Assembly (NCBI GenBank): GCA_025340205.1
Contig: CP006868.1
Location: forward strand, 1,650,001 to 1,682,000
Source: Ignicoccus pacificus DSM 13166
Lineage (GTDB): Archaea; Thermoproteota; Thermoprotei_A; Sulfolobales; Ignicoccaceae
Reading direction: 5' to 3'
DNA length: 32,000 nt
Position numbers and translations under genes: made by a program. Within the stretch, counting starts at the first letter, position 1. Every line of letters starts with the position of its first letter. Shown here in pieces: positions 17,542 to 26,453 of the stretch. The notes beneath the pieces were generated by a model. It saw only the letters and a list, made by a program, of their open reading frames with translations, ran no database searches and was not told the DNA's origin.

Positions 17542-17802
17542 ATGGTTGAGAAGATATATGTGGGCGAGTGGATAAACAAAATAAACATGACTGAGGAGAT
17601 AGGTTTCCCTGCTGAGGTCATCCAGATTATAGGTAGAACTGGTGTCACCGGAGAGATCACCCAAGTGAGGGTTAGGGTACTGGAAGGAAAGGATAAGGGA
17701 AGAATCCTCACGAGGAACGTTAAGGGACCGGTGAGGCTAGGAGACATACTCGTACTTAGGGAAACTGAGAGAGAGGCCAGAAAGCTCAGCGGAAGAAGGT
17801 AA
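17542..17802 (+). CDS. rps28e: 30S ribosomal protein S28e (first part of the 86-aa ORF may include an alternative start)
   Basis: [58 protein letters not shown]. Confidence 0.95.
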   Translation: MVEKIYVGEWINKINMTEEIGFPAEVIQIIGRTGVTGEITQVRVRVLEGKDKGRILTRNVKGPVRLGDILVLRETEREARKLSGRR

Positions 17803-17817
17803 AGCAGAAACGAGACC

Positions 17818-18699
17818 CTACCATTCAATTTCTGCTATTGCCTTCACCAATTCCATATCAAGTAATCCTCTCGTTACGGTCATACAAGCTTGACCGCGTC
17901 CCTTTTTCCATAGCAAATATGCTATACAGTCCAGCAACATATTGACTTCCAAGCTACCCCAGTCTATCCTCCTGTAAAGTCGTGTCATAAACAGTATAAC
18001 CAAGGTCTTTATCTTACGCGATGTTATATTGAGAACCTCATTTATCAACATTCTTCGTTCATTGGGATCAGCTATGGTTCTTGGGTTTACTTGGTTAATT
18101 ACAAAAGCCTTGGGAAGGAAACCCATTGTCACTTCTGCCACCTTTAATGTTCTTTCGATCTCTACAATGCTAGCCTGAGAGAGAAGCACGCTCTTCGCGT
18201 CCAAGGAAGAAATTACACACTTTAATATCGGTATATCAGCGAAGCTCGCAGCCGGCGTGTCCATGACTATCAAGTCGTAGTACTCCGATATAGTGAACAG
18301 AGTTTCGGCGACTTTCTTAGCAGCATACTCTATTCCGTGCTCTGCTATCTCGGCAGAGTACTTTATTGCAGACTCGATGGTTCCGGAGGGAATGACATGT
18401 AAATAACCGTTGTAGAGTGTATGTATGAATTTATCCAGTTCTCCACCGACTTCCAATACGTCATACCATCCCTTCAAGTTCCTAGCTTCCTCTCCTAGGA
18501 AGAACCTCGAGGCACCGTCTCTGAAGTCAGCGTCGATTAGCAAGACCCTCCTCTTAGCTTTGGCAGCAGCGCTTGCTGAGATCAATGCACTGGTCGTTGA
18601 CTTTCCTACGCCACCCTTAATACCCCACACAGTGATGATCCTGCTATTTCGTAAAAGAGGAGGACAACCAAAATCTCTCTTCCTAGATCTTAACGGCAC
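17818..18699 (-). CDS. ParA/MinD-family ATPase (second, apparently unpaired copy)
   Basis: Walker A IKGGVGKSTTSALIS; VLLIDADFRDGASRFFLG; LIVMDTPAA. Confidence 0.85.
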   Translation of the reverse strand: MPLRSRKRDFGCPPLLRNSRIITVWGIKGGVGKSTTSALISASAAAKAKRRVLLIDADFRDGASRFFLGEEARNLKGWYDVLEVGGELDKFIHTLYNGYLHVIPSGTIESAIKYSAEIAEHGIEYAAKKVAETLFTISEYYDLIVMDTPAASFADIPILKCVISSLDAKSVLLSQASIVEIERTLKVAEVTMGFLPKAFVINQVNPRTIADPNERRMLINEVLNITSRKIKTLVILFMTRLYRRIDWGSLEVNMLLDCIAYLLWKKGRGQACMTVTRGLLDMELVKAIAEIEW

Positions 18700-18782
18700 G
18701 ATAAAACCCCCACATGCTGTGATGTTGAAACTAAGAAGCTTTGTAGTCCGCTACGCATACGATCAACGGGTGACGTTAAACC

Positions 18783-20279
18783 TTGCCAGCAAGATTTGAC
18801 GGTATTCAAGAAACACTCGTGGAAGCATTGGTGGAATCAATCAGAGTAGCGGAAACCCGTCTACCCAAATGGGTTTATGAGAAGCTCTTGAGAGCTTACG
18901 AAGAGAATGATGGGGTAGCAAAGGCTCAGCTAGCCGCTATATTGAAGAACATAGAAATAGCGGCTAAGGAATCGAAGCCCATGTGTCAAGATACTGGCTT
19001 ACTAGTGTTCGACGTCAAGGTGGGTGAGAGGTTTCCACTATCTATTGAAGACATAAAGAGAGCGATAATCGAAGCATCAAGAAGGGCTACTGGAGAGGTC
19101 CCGATAAGACCAAACTCTATGGATCCTCTGAGCGGTTACAATCCCGGCGACAATACCGGGAAGGGCGTTCCAATAATACACATAGACTTAGTGCCCGGAG
19201 ATTATCTCGAGGTCAAGGTTAGACCTAAGGGAGGAGGAAGCGAGTATCCTACGAGGTTATGTATGATCCCTCCTTCTAAGGGGATTGCTGGAGTTCACGA
19301 GTGTCTACTAAGGACCGTTTACGAAGCTGCTGGAAAGCCATGTCCGCCCGGAATAGTGAGCGTTGCCTTCGGAGGAACGGTAGAGGAAGCCTTTAAGTTA
19401 GCTAAGAGTAACCTATATAGAGAAGGCAGACACGAAGAAGATAGGGTAAGGGAACTCGAGGAGAAGTGGCTCGATGAGATAAACCAACTTGGAATAGGAC
19501 CTATGGGTTTAGGAGGCAAGACCACAGCATTAGATCTCAAGGTGGATTACCTTTATCGTCATCCCGCCTCCTTCCCAGTAGCCGTCACATTTAACTGCTG
19601 GGCGGCTCGCGAAGCAGCCCTCAAGATGGATCCTAATGGTAACTGGAAGATAATAAGCGAAAATGTAAGGCCAGAGGACTTGAAGAAGATCGAGCTGGGA
19701 GGTGCAGATGGAATAGAGCTGAAGCTACCCGTATCTGAAGAAGACGTTAGGAAGCTGAAGGCGGGAGACGTAGTCTACCTTACCGGGACCATAGTCACTG
19801 CCAGAGACGAAGCTCATAAGAAGATATTGGAAGAAGGCGCTCCTATAGACCTTAGAGGCTTGGCAATATATCATTGTGGCCCTGTCGTAAAGAAGGAAGG
19901 TGACGAGTGGAAAGTTATAGCAGCTGGTCCCACCACAAGTGCCAGAATGAACGATCTTCAAGCTCAAGTACTGGAGAAAACGGGGGCCAAGCTAGTAATA
20001 GGAAAGGGAGGTATGAAGGATGAACTTCTCGAAGATTTCAAGAGATTGGGAGCAGCTTACTTGGCCTTTACCGGAGGCGCCGCCCTTCTAGCTGCCAAGG
20101 CTATAAAGAGGGTCAAGGAGGTGTACTGGCTTGACGAGCTCGGAATTCCCGAAGCCATGTGGGTGTTCGAGGTTGAACGCTTCGGTCCCCTAGTCGTAGC
20201 GATGGATAGTCACGGAAACAGCCTCTATAAAACTGTTCTAGAGAAGGCTAAGTCTAAGATGGAGGAGATGTTGAGGTGA
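18783..20279 (+). CDS. fumA/fumB-type fusion: Class I fumarate hydratase, fused alpha and beta domains
   Basis: [48 protein letters not shown] (alpha); beta-domain [29 protein letters not shown]. Confidence 0.9.
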   Translation: MPARFDGIQETLVEALVESIRVAETRLPKWVYEKLLRAYEENDGVAKAQLAAILKNIEIAAKESKPMCQDTGLLVFDVKVGERFPLSIEDIKRAIIEASRRATGEVPIRPNSMDPLSGYNPGDNTGKGVPIIHIDLVPGDYLEVKVRPKGGGSEYPTRLCMIPPSKGIAGVHECLLRTVYEAAGKPCPPGIVSVAFGGTVEEAFKLAKSNLYREGRHEEDRVRELEEKWLDEINQLGIGPMGLGGKTTALDLKVDYLYRHPASFPVAVTFNCWAAREAALKMDPNGNWKIISENVRPEDLKKIELGGADGIELKLPVSEEDVRKLKAGDVVYLTGTIVTARDEAHKKILEEGAPIDLRGLAIYHCGPVVKKEGDEWKVIAAGPTTSARMNDLQAQVLEKTGAKLVIGKGGMKDELLEDFKRLGAAYLAFTGGAALLAAKAIKRVKEVYWLDELGIPEAMWVFEVERFGPLVVAMDSHGNSLYKTVLEKAKSKMEEMLR

Positions 20280-21322
20280 GGGACAGGATAGATGTAGAGC
20301 TTTTTGAACGGGTAGGCGTAATACCTCCACAAAGAATTCACATAAAAAACCATCCTTTAGGAACTCCTACCACGGCTTTCAATCCCGGACTTACATTTGA
20401 TGGTGAGAATTTCCATATATATCCAAGAATAGTCGCCGGTTACTACATGTACGTTTCTGCAATAGCCCATATAGAGGTACCTCTTTATGATATGGAATCC
20501 GGTATAGTGAATTTCTCTCACTATCCAGCAGATCTGGTTGTATGTCCCACAGGACCCTTCGATATCTGGGGCGCTGAGGATCCTAGGGTTAACTTCGTAG
20601 GGTCAAGAGAAGTTATGGTATATACTGGTAGGACCATTAACTACTTTGATCCTAGCAAGAGGTCATGGAGGACTTCTCCAATAATAGCAGTAAGAGATGG
20701 ATATGGGTTTAGAAAAATAGGGATGATGAGGAAAGATTTAGAAAACATAATATCAGACAAAGACGCCTTTGTTGTTGAAGCGGACGGCAGCGTGTATCTA
20801 TTCCATAGACCTCATGTAAATGTAAACGGAAAAGAGGAATTCTACATGAGTATATCTAAAATAGAGAATTGGGAAGAATTAAATGAGATCAGCGACGAAC
20901 CTTTGGGAAGCTGTGGAGGAGGTACGCCGAAGGAAATGAAGCTGAGTAAAGATATCTTTAAAATGTATCCGGCAAAGTGGGAGGAAAGAATAGGCTGGGG
21001 ACCGCCACCAATCGAGGTCGAACCTAACACGTTCTTAGCGTTGGTACATGCTATGGACGGGATAGATAAGGCATATAAAGCGTTCTTGCTAATGTTTAAG
21101 ATCAAAGGCGATACAGTTGAGGTAATAGGTGAAAGTCCTGGATATGTGCTGACGCCTACCTTAACGTACGAAATATATGGAGATAGACCGTTGGTCACCT
21201 TCCCCACAGGAATGGTATTAGTGGATGGAACAGTATACATAACCTATGGAGCAGCGGATGCGGTAATAGGGATAGCGAGAGCAGATCTAAGTGCACTAAT
21301 GGCTGTAATAAAATATTTATGA
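20276..21322 (+). CDS. GH130-like glycosidase/glycoside phosphorylase family protein
   Basis: [57 protein letters not shown]; GTG start overlaps the fumarase stop. Confidence 0.8.
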   Translation: MRDRIDVELFERVGVIPPQRIHIKNHPLGTPTTAFNPGLTFDGENFHIYPRIVAGYYMYVSAIAHIEVPLYDMESGIVNFSHYPADLVVCPTGPFDIWGAEDPRVNFVGSREVMVYTGRTINYFDPSKRSWRTSPIIAVRDGYGFRKIGMMRKDLENIISDKDAFVVEADGSVYLFHRPHVNVNGKEEFYMSISKIENWEELNEISDEPLGSCGGGTPKEMKLSKDIFKMYPAKWEERIGWGPPPIEVEPNTFLALVHAMDGIDKAYKAFLLMFKIKGDTVEVIGESPGYVLTPTLTYEIYGDRPLVTFPTGMVLVDGTVYITYGAADAVIGIARADLSALMAVIKYL

Positions 21323-23000
21323 TAATGTATACAAGACGTAGCTATGCATTGCAGCGAACTCGAAGAAGAACAGCGCGTCCAGTGGGAACGTAGTCTTTAG
21401 TTTGTTCGCGCTGTAATCGTAGAGTAAGCTCACGTAGGGTTCAAGGCCTCTGCTAAGGGCTAGTGACAGCGCGTAAGAGGCAGTTAGCGAACTCTTCTTC
21501 AGTACGTTTTCTAGGCTTATCGAGTAGTTCGTGTGTAGCGTGTAACTGGCAGATGCTATAAAGTACATGCTGGCGGCCATCCTGAATATGGCTGGTTTAT
21601 CGCTAGCGATCTTGTATATCGCTATGGCGGTCTCTAAGTTCTTATCTACGGGTATGTTCATTGCCAGTAGGTAGCCTAGGATGCCGTTTGCTGAGGAGTA
21701 TAAGGCGTCAGCAGTCTTATTGAAGGTTATTTCACTTATCATCAATGAACGTGGGGCCGAGGGAACTACCTTGAGTAACTCTAGCCAAGTCCTCGTAGCT
21801 AGTGAATAATACTTGGAGTACACCAAGTAAGTTATCACATCATCGATGTTCGTGGAGTTGAGAGCGGCGTGGTAGTAGTAGTATGACTTAAGGGCTCTGC
21901 TCGCGGCAGTCATCAATACGTCCAACTTGTTAGGGTCGTATGTCATGTTACCCATGACGATTTTCATGCTCTCCTTGGAGTATTTTTGTGCCTCCGTTCC
22001 AAGAGTCAAGATAGCTTGGAATCCATGGAGTGTTACTTGATCTATCCAGTAGGCCTTCTCAGCATACAAGGCAGCGGTAAAGGCCATGTTAACCGCTTGA
22101 TACGGTTGAGTCTTTGAGAGCTTCAGCGCCTCATGGGCGAACTCGGAAGCCCTTTCGAGAAGGTTGACGCTTATGTCAGTCAACCCTCTGGTCTCGTACT
22201 TGTACTCTTCGTAGAGCTTCAGATAATAGTTTAGCCAGTTCTCCAACGTAGACTTCAGAGCAGCTGGAAGATCTTCAGCAACGAATGGTTTCGGTATCTT
22301 GGGCGGATTTGGTACCCAGTACTTGAGTGCGTCAAAGATCGTGGCTACTGGAATTACCTTTATCCCGAGCTTTTTGCCCTCTTCTATCAAGTTTACTTTA
22401 ATCTTCGAGATGCTCTGAATGACGCCGAAGGGGGTATTGACTTCCTTTACCTTTGACAAGAAGGTAACGTTCTCGCCAAATGGTATGAGGAAGTACTTAT
22501 ATCCTTTTTCGGCAGCTGCCTTCATCTTGGCATAAACTCCCACCTACGGGCCCTATTGTCGCGTCTGGGCTTATGGTACCCGTTCCAGCGACGTATGGCT
22601 TTGGTTTTTGGTGAGTAAGAGCACAATAGACGGCGACGGTCATGGGCATTCCGGCGCTAGGGCCTCCGACTATCACGCTTGGTGTCTTAAAGTGAAAGAA
22701 GAAGTCGTATTTAGTCCAGTCCTTGTGAGCCAACATCGAAGCAACAAGCACTGCTATCCTGGCAATTCCTTGCGTGTCAACTTCTGTCAGGGGTTCTGAG
22801 GAGACGTATATCTGTCCCTTTCCGGGATATGCTACGGTGACTTGAAGGGAGCCTACTACGCCCTTCTCTCCGAAGGGTGTCAAGGTGACGCCGACCACTG
22901 GTACCGTAACCGTAGTGACGTTACTGTAACATTTCGAGAAGGCAAACGATGGTGTGATTGCGAAGAATAGTGCTATCAACACTAGAGCAAATCTCCTCAT
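21317..23000 (-). pseudogene. Secreted Lon-type (S16-like) serine protease, interrupted by an apparent +1 frame change at about 22539-22544 (pseudogene, sequence error or recoding)
   Basis: ORF 22497..23000 has signal peptide MRRFALVLIALFFAITPSFA and catalytic-type GGPSAG. ORF 21317..22543 begins VYAKMKAAAEKGYKYFLIPFGE, the exact continuation expected after GTISPDATIGPVGG. Confidence 0.85.
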
Positions 23001-23041
23001 TTCCCTTACCCTGTGAGCGAAGGACAGATGGTACTAAAGAG

Positions 23042-24346
23042 TCAATAGTTCAAGATCGCTAGTACCATTTGTTTTAGATCGCATAAATCTTTAGCCAGAA
23101 GTCTGATCATCGCTTCCTTGCCATAATATCCTCTATCATATATGACGTCGGGAAGCCTTCCAGTTTTCTTTACGGCTTCCTCAACTACCCAACCCATCGT
23201 CTTAACTCCTCTTGGCTGTTTACTTCTATCTACTTCGACGACAAGATAACCAGCTTCTTTCAAGGCTTGGATGTTTTCTTTACTGTATCTAACATTCATA
23301 GCTACGTTTACCTCTCCGTATTTTCTAGCGGATAGAAGCAATCTAGCCATGTGGTCAGAGCCACCCCACCAAGGGCATTCTAATCTTCTCAAACCATTGG
23401 GCGTTAAGTGAAGTCTGCCTGGGACACCCATTACAGTGCCCACACTTCTACTAACCTCTTTGGGAACGGAGCACGCGACGTTGAGGCCTACTTCTGGTGC
23501 TATCTTCTTAGCTTTTTCATAAGGCAAGGATTCTAACCATTTAATGAACGCCCTATATCGTTCATGACACTCAAATCGCGCTATTGCAAGACGATGAGAA
23601 AACAGGGGATCGGGTACATAACCGCCTACATCCCTTGCGAATTTGTGAAGTAGACGCGTGAACCCTATTGCTTTCCTCGCAGCTATGAATGGATCTTCTC
23701 CTTTGGCTAAGAGGGCAGTAAGGGCGGAAGCTAGGGCGCTGCCAGAACCATGAAGGTTTATATTTACTTTGCTTCCGTGTAATAGAGCATAATTACCTTT
23801 ATAATATATCACATCGACCAATTTCGAGTCTCCTAGATGACCTCCCGTTAAGACCACTAGCTCTGGTCCCATCTCAGAAAGTCTTTGAGCGACACGAAGC
23901 ATATCATCCTCATCCTTTACCTTTACGTTAGTTAGGATTTCAGCTTCTGGAATGTTCGGCGTTACTGCAAACGCATGAGAAAGTAGATCTCTATACGCGT
24001 TAGGGTCTCCATCGAAGAGGGTCCCACCAACGCCGGCCTTTAAGACAGGATCAACTATGAGATGGTTGTTATTCTTTATAGAAAGATCTAGGATTGTCCT
24101 AAGGATTTCTTCGTTACAGAGTGCACCTGTTTTCCAGTATTTCAGCATTGTGTAAGGTTGTATCTGGCGAACTATGGTGGACACATCTAAGCATTGTCCA
24201 CCGTAATATTCAGTAGGTGTTTGATACGTGATCATAGTGGCGATAGGATGCACATGGACGTCAAACGCTTCGCCAACTTTAACATCCAGCTCTACGCCAG
24301 CACCACCGGAGGGATCGATGCCACCGATAGTCACCATCCTCCACAT
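23042..24346 (-). CDS. thiDN: Bifunctional hydroxymethylpyrimidine kinase / thiamine-phosphate synthase (ThiD-ThiN)
   Basis: IGGIDPSGGAGVELDVK, PIATMITYQTP, VDPVLKAGVGG, VVLTGGH; C-terminal ThiN-type domain with FARDVGGYVPDPLFSHRLAIARF. Confidence 0.85.
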   Translation of the reverse strand: MWRMVTIGGIDPSGGAGVELDVKVGEAFDVHVHPIATMITYQTPTEYYGGQCLDVSTIVRQIQPYTMLKYWKTGALCNEEILRTILDLSIKNNNHLIVDPVLKAGVGGTLFDGDPNAYRDLLSHAFAVTPNIPEAEILTNVKVKDEDDMLRVAQRLSEMGPELVVLTGGHLGDSKLVDVIYYKGNYALLHGSKVNINLHGSGSALASALTALLAKGEDPFIAARKAIGFTRLLHKFARDVGGYVPDPLFSHRLAIARFECHERYRAFIKWLESLPYEKAKKIAPEVGLNVACSVPKEVSRSVGTVMGVPGRLHLTPNGLRRLECPWWGGSDHMARLLLSARKYGEVNVAMNVRYSKENIQALKEAGYLVVEVDRSKQPRGVKTMGWVVEEAVKKTGRLPDVIYDRGYYGKEAMIRLLAKDLCDLKQMVLAILNY

Positions 24347-24385
24347 AGGATCACAAGAGGCGTTGATAGGAGGTGTTAGTAAATC

Positions 24386-25222
24386 ATGCTATCGAAAAAG
24401 TATCCGATAAGAGGCACTAAAGTTTCATGGGGTAAAGAGAACCTTGTCGCGGTGGTGAGGGAGGAAGGCGGAGTCGCCCTCATCGATGTAGATAGTTCGC
24501 TTGTTAAGGTGATAGGGGGATTCTTGTCTTTCCAAGACGTTGCATGGAGCAAAAACAGGATAGCATGTGCTGCAAGAGCTATAGTGATGATATATGATCT
24601 TAACGGTGAGTTACATAAGGTAGTGAAGGTCGCTAGCGAGATCACGGCGTTAGGATCCTTAGAAATAGGATTTATCATAGGAACTGAAGAAGGAGAGCTA
24701 ATTATGATAGATGAAAACGGTAAGAAGATCTGGGAGAACAAGGTATGGGATGGTCGAATTGATCGAATAGAAAGAAGTAGTAGTGGATACATTCTTGTTA
24801 TAGCGAACAAATATACTCTCTTAGTAGTTAGTCCCGAGGGTAAGGTAATTACAACGAATAGCTATCGGTGGGATATGAGAAGAGTAGCTTGGAATAGTGA
24901 CATGAGCTTACTAGGGGTTCCAGAGAAAGGAATATTCATCATATACAAGTGGGTTGAGGGTCAAGGCTATGTAAAAGAGAAAATGATAAAAGAGGAAGTA
25001 AAGAAAGCTGCGTGGTGTAATGGAAAGCTAGGTCTGCTAGGTCATATGGGCTTCAGAATTTACGATGAAGAGGATAAGAACGATATACTCATTAGAATAG
25101 AAGGCGTAGACTTCGATTGGTCCCCCAACTGTAACGGCGTTTCAATATTAAGTAAAGATCATCTTTACGTAATCTCCGATTTGAACTCTACCGCAACCAG
25201 TATGTCATTAGGGTCCAAGTAG
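24386..25222 (+). CDS. Beta-propeller-like repeat protein, uncharacterised
   Basis: Repeated beta-rich units such as VVREEGGVALIDVDSSLVK, IVMIYDLNGELHKVVK, EGELIMIDENGKKIWEN, YTLLVVSPEGKVITTN. Confidence 0.6.
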   Translation: MLSKKYPIRGTKVSWGKENLVAVVREEGGVALIDVDSSLVKVIGGFLSFQDVAWSKNRIACAARAIVMIYDLNGELHKVVKVASEITALGSLEIGFIIGTEEGELIMIDENGKKIWENKVWDGRIDRIERSSSGYILVIANKYTLLVVSPEGKVITTNSYRWDMRRVAWNSDMSLLGVPEKGIFIIYKWVEGQGYVKEKMIKEEVKKAAWCNGKLGLLGHMGFRIYDEEDKNDILIRIEGVDFDWSPNCNGVSILSKDHLYVISDLNSTATSMSLGSK

Positions 25223-26301
25223 TCAAAGGGTTTCAAGGGCTCTATGTCCATGACGCTTTTAACTCTAGCTACGACGTATACTTTCGTCCCTCTGATCTTG
25301 GAGGCAAGCTTAGAGACCCTCTCTGCTGTGATGTTATCCTTACGACCCAAGGGGACTACCTTATTTCCAACTCTCATAAATACTAGACCTAAGGGTCCTT
25401 CCATCAACTTTATCTCAAGTAGATTGGGATGACCCTCAGAAAGTGCAGAGAGGAACATTGCTGCGACAGGATCAGAGAACGACTCCATGAACAAGCCTCC
25501 GATGAGTTTGGAGGGTACTACTACGTCCACATTTACCAATTCACTTAATATCTTCTCTCCTTGAGAAGTATATGAGAGGGAGATTATCGTCGGTGGGTAT
25601 ATTCTCTTTCCCTCAACACTCTTGACTACTAATGCGGAGGCGACGTTCTCTTTATCGCTACTTCCGCAGATTATTATCTTGTTGCACGTTAGTATATCAG
25701 CTCTATAGTATGTGTCCAAATGAGTGAGATCGCCCTTTATTATCATAACACCTAAGGAGCGAGCGTTCAGTACATACTTATCTGGGGTCTCCGGTGAGGT
25801 TACCCAAACTATCCTGCTCGATTTGCCAGTTAGCTTACGAAGCCTCTCGGCGATGTCCACACAAGCGGGTGAGGTCCCTACGAGAAGTATGTTAGTGCCT
25901 CTTACCTTTCCTCCTCCCTCTCTTTCCAAGATCGCTTTAGATACTACGTTATGGGCAGCGAGGCTCAGAGCGACGGTTAAAGTGCTAAAGCCGGTTATTG
26001 CTACTACCATCGCTATCAACTTACCGATCATTGTATGGGGAACTATGTCACCGTATCCTACAGTAGTTATTGTGATGATTATCCAATATATTGCATTAAA
26101 GAAGTTCAGATGTTCTATTCTTGCATAAATATTGCTGAATATCCAAACGAAGGCGACTAAGAATAATATTAGCATTATAGGAGTTCTACCCAGTATCGTA
26201 CTGTAGAGCCAGAGTAACCATAAGTAGACAGATCTGAGGGATCTGTTTAACTTCCTAAGCTTGTATGTCAATTCACGAACTTTCAAGACTGACTGATCCA
26301 A
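25165..26301 (-). CDS. Potassium channel with cytoplasmic TrkA-N/TrkA-C (RCK) domains (MthK-like)
   Basis: Pore filter TTVGYGDIVP followed by Rossmann/RCK domain NILLVGTSPACVDIAERL; C-terminal TrkA-C-like region. Confidence 0.88.
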   Translation of the reverse strand: MDQSVLKVRELTYKLRKLNRSLRSVYLWLLWLYSTILGRTPIMLILFLVAFVWIFSNIYARIEHLNFFNAIYWIIITITTVGYGDIVPHTMIGKLIAMVVAITGFSTLTVALSLAAHNVVSKAILEREGGGKVRGTNILLVGTSPACVDIAERLRKLTGKSSRIVWVTSPETPDKYVLNARSLGVMIIKGDLTHLDTYYRADILTCNKIIICGSSDKENVASALVVKSVEGKRIYPPTIISLSYTSQGEKILSELVNVDVVVPSKLIGGLFMESFSDPVAAMFLSALSEGHPNLLEIKLMEGPLGLVFMRVGNKVVPLGRKDNITAERVSKLASKIRGTKVYVVARVKSVMDIEPLKPFDYLDPNDILVAVEFKSEIT

Positions 26302-26321
26302 AAGTCACTAGAGAAGATGTT

Positions 26322-26328
26322 GATAAAG
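26322..26328 (+). promoter_or_regulatory. TATA-like element for the C/D sRNA at 26351
   Basis: GATAAAG 23-29 nt upstream of the sRNA terminal stem. Confidence 0.3.
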
Positions 26329-26350
26329 GTTTCACGAGAACGCTTTCCAC

Positions 26351-26406
26351 GGCTATGATGAGGGTTAAAAGCGGTGACTTGATGATCGAGGGTCAAGCGC
26401 TGAGCC
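26351..26406 (+). ncRNA. Putative C/D box sRNA
   Basis: GGC(T) - C ATGATGA (26355-26361) - 12-nt guide GGGTTAAAAGCG - D' GTGA (26374-26377) - C' TTGATGA (26379-26385) - 14-nt guide TCGAGGGTCAAGCG - D CTGA (26400-26403) - GCC. GGC/GCC terminal stem, 56 nt, intergenic. Confidence 0.75.
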
Positions 26407-26453
26407 ACCCTATTTAAACTATCTCTTTAAGGTCTGTGAAACGGTGAGATAGA

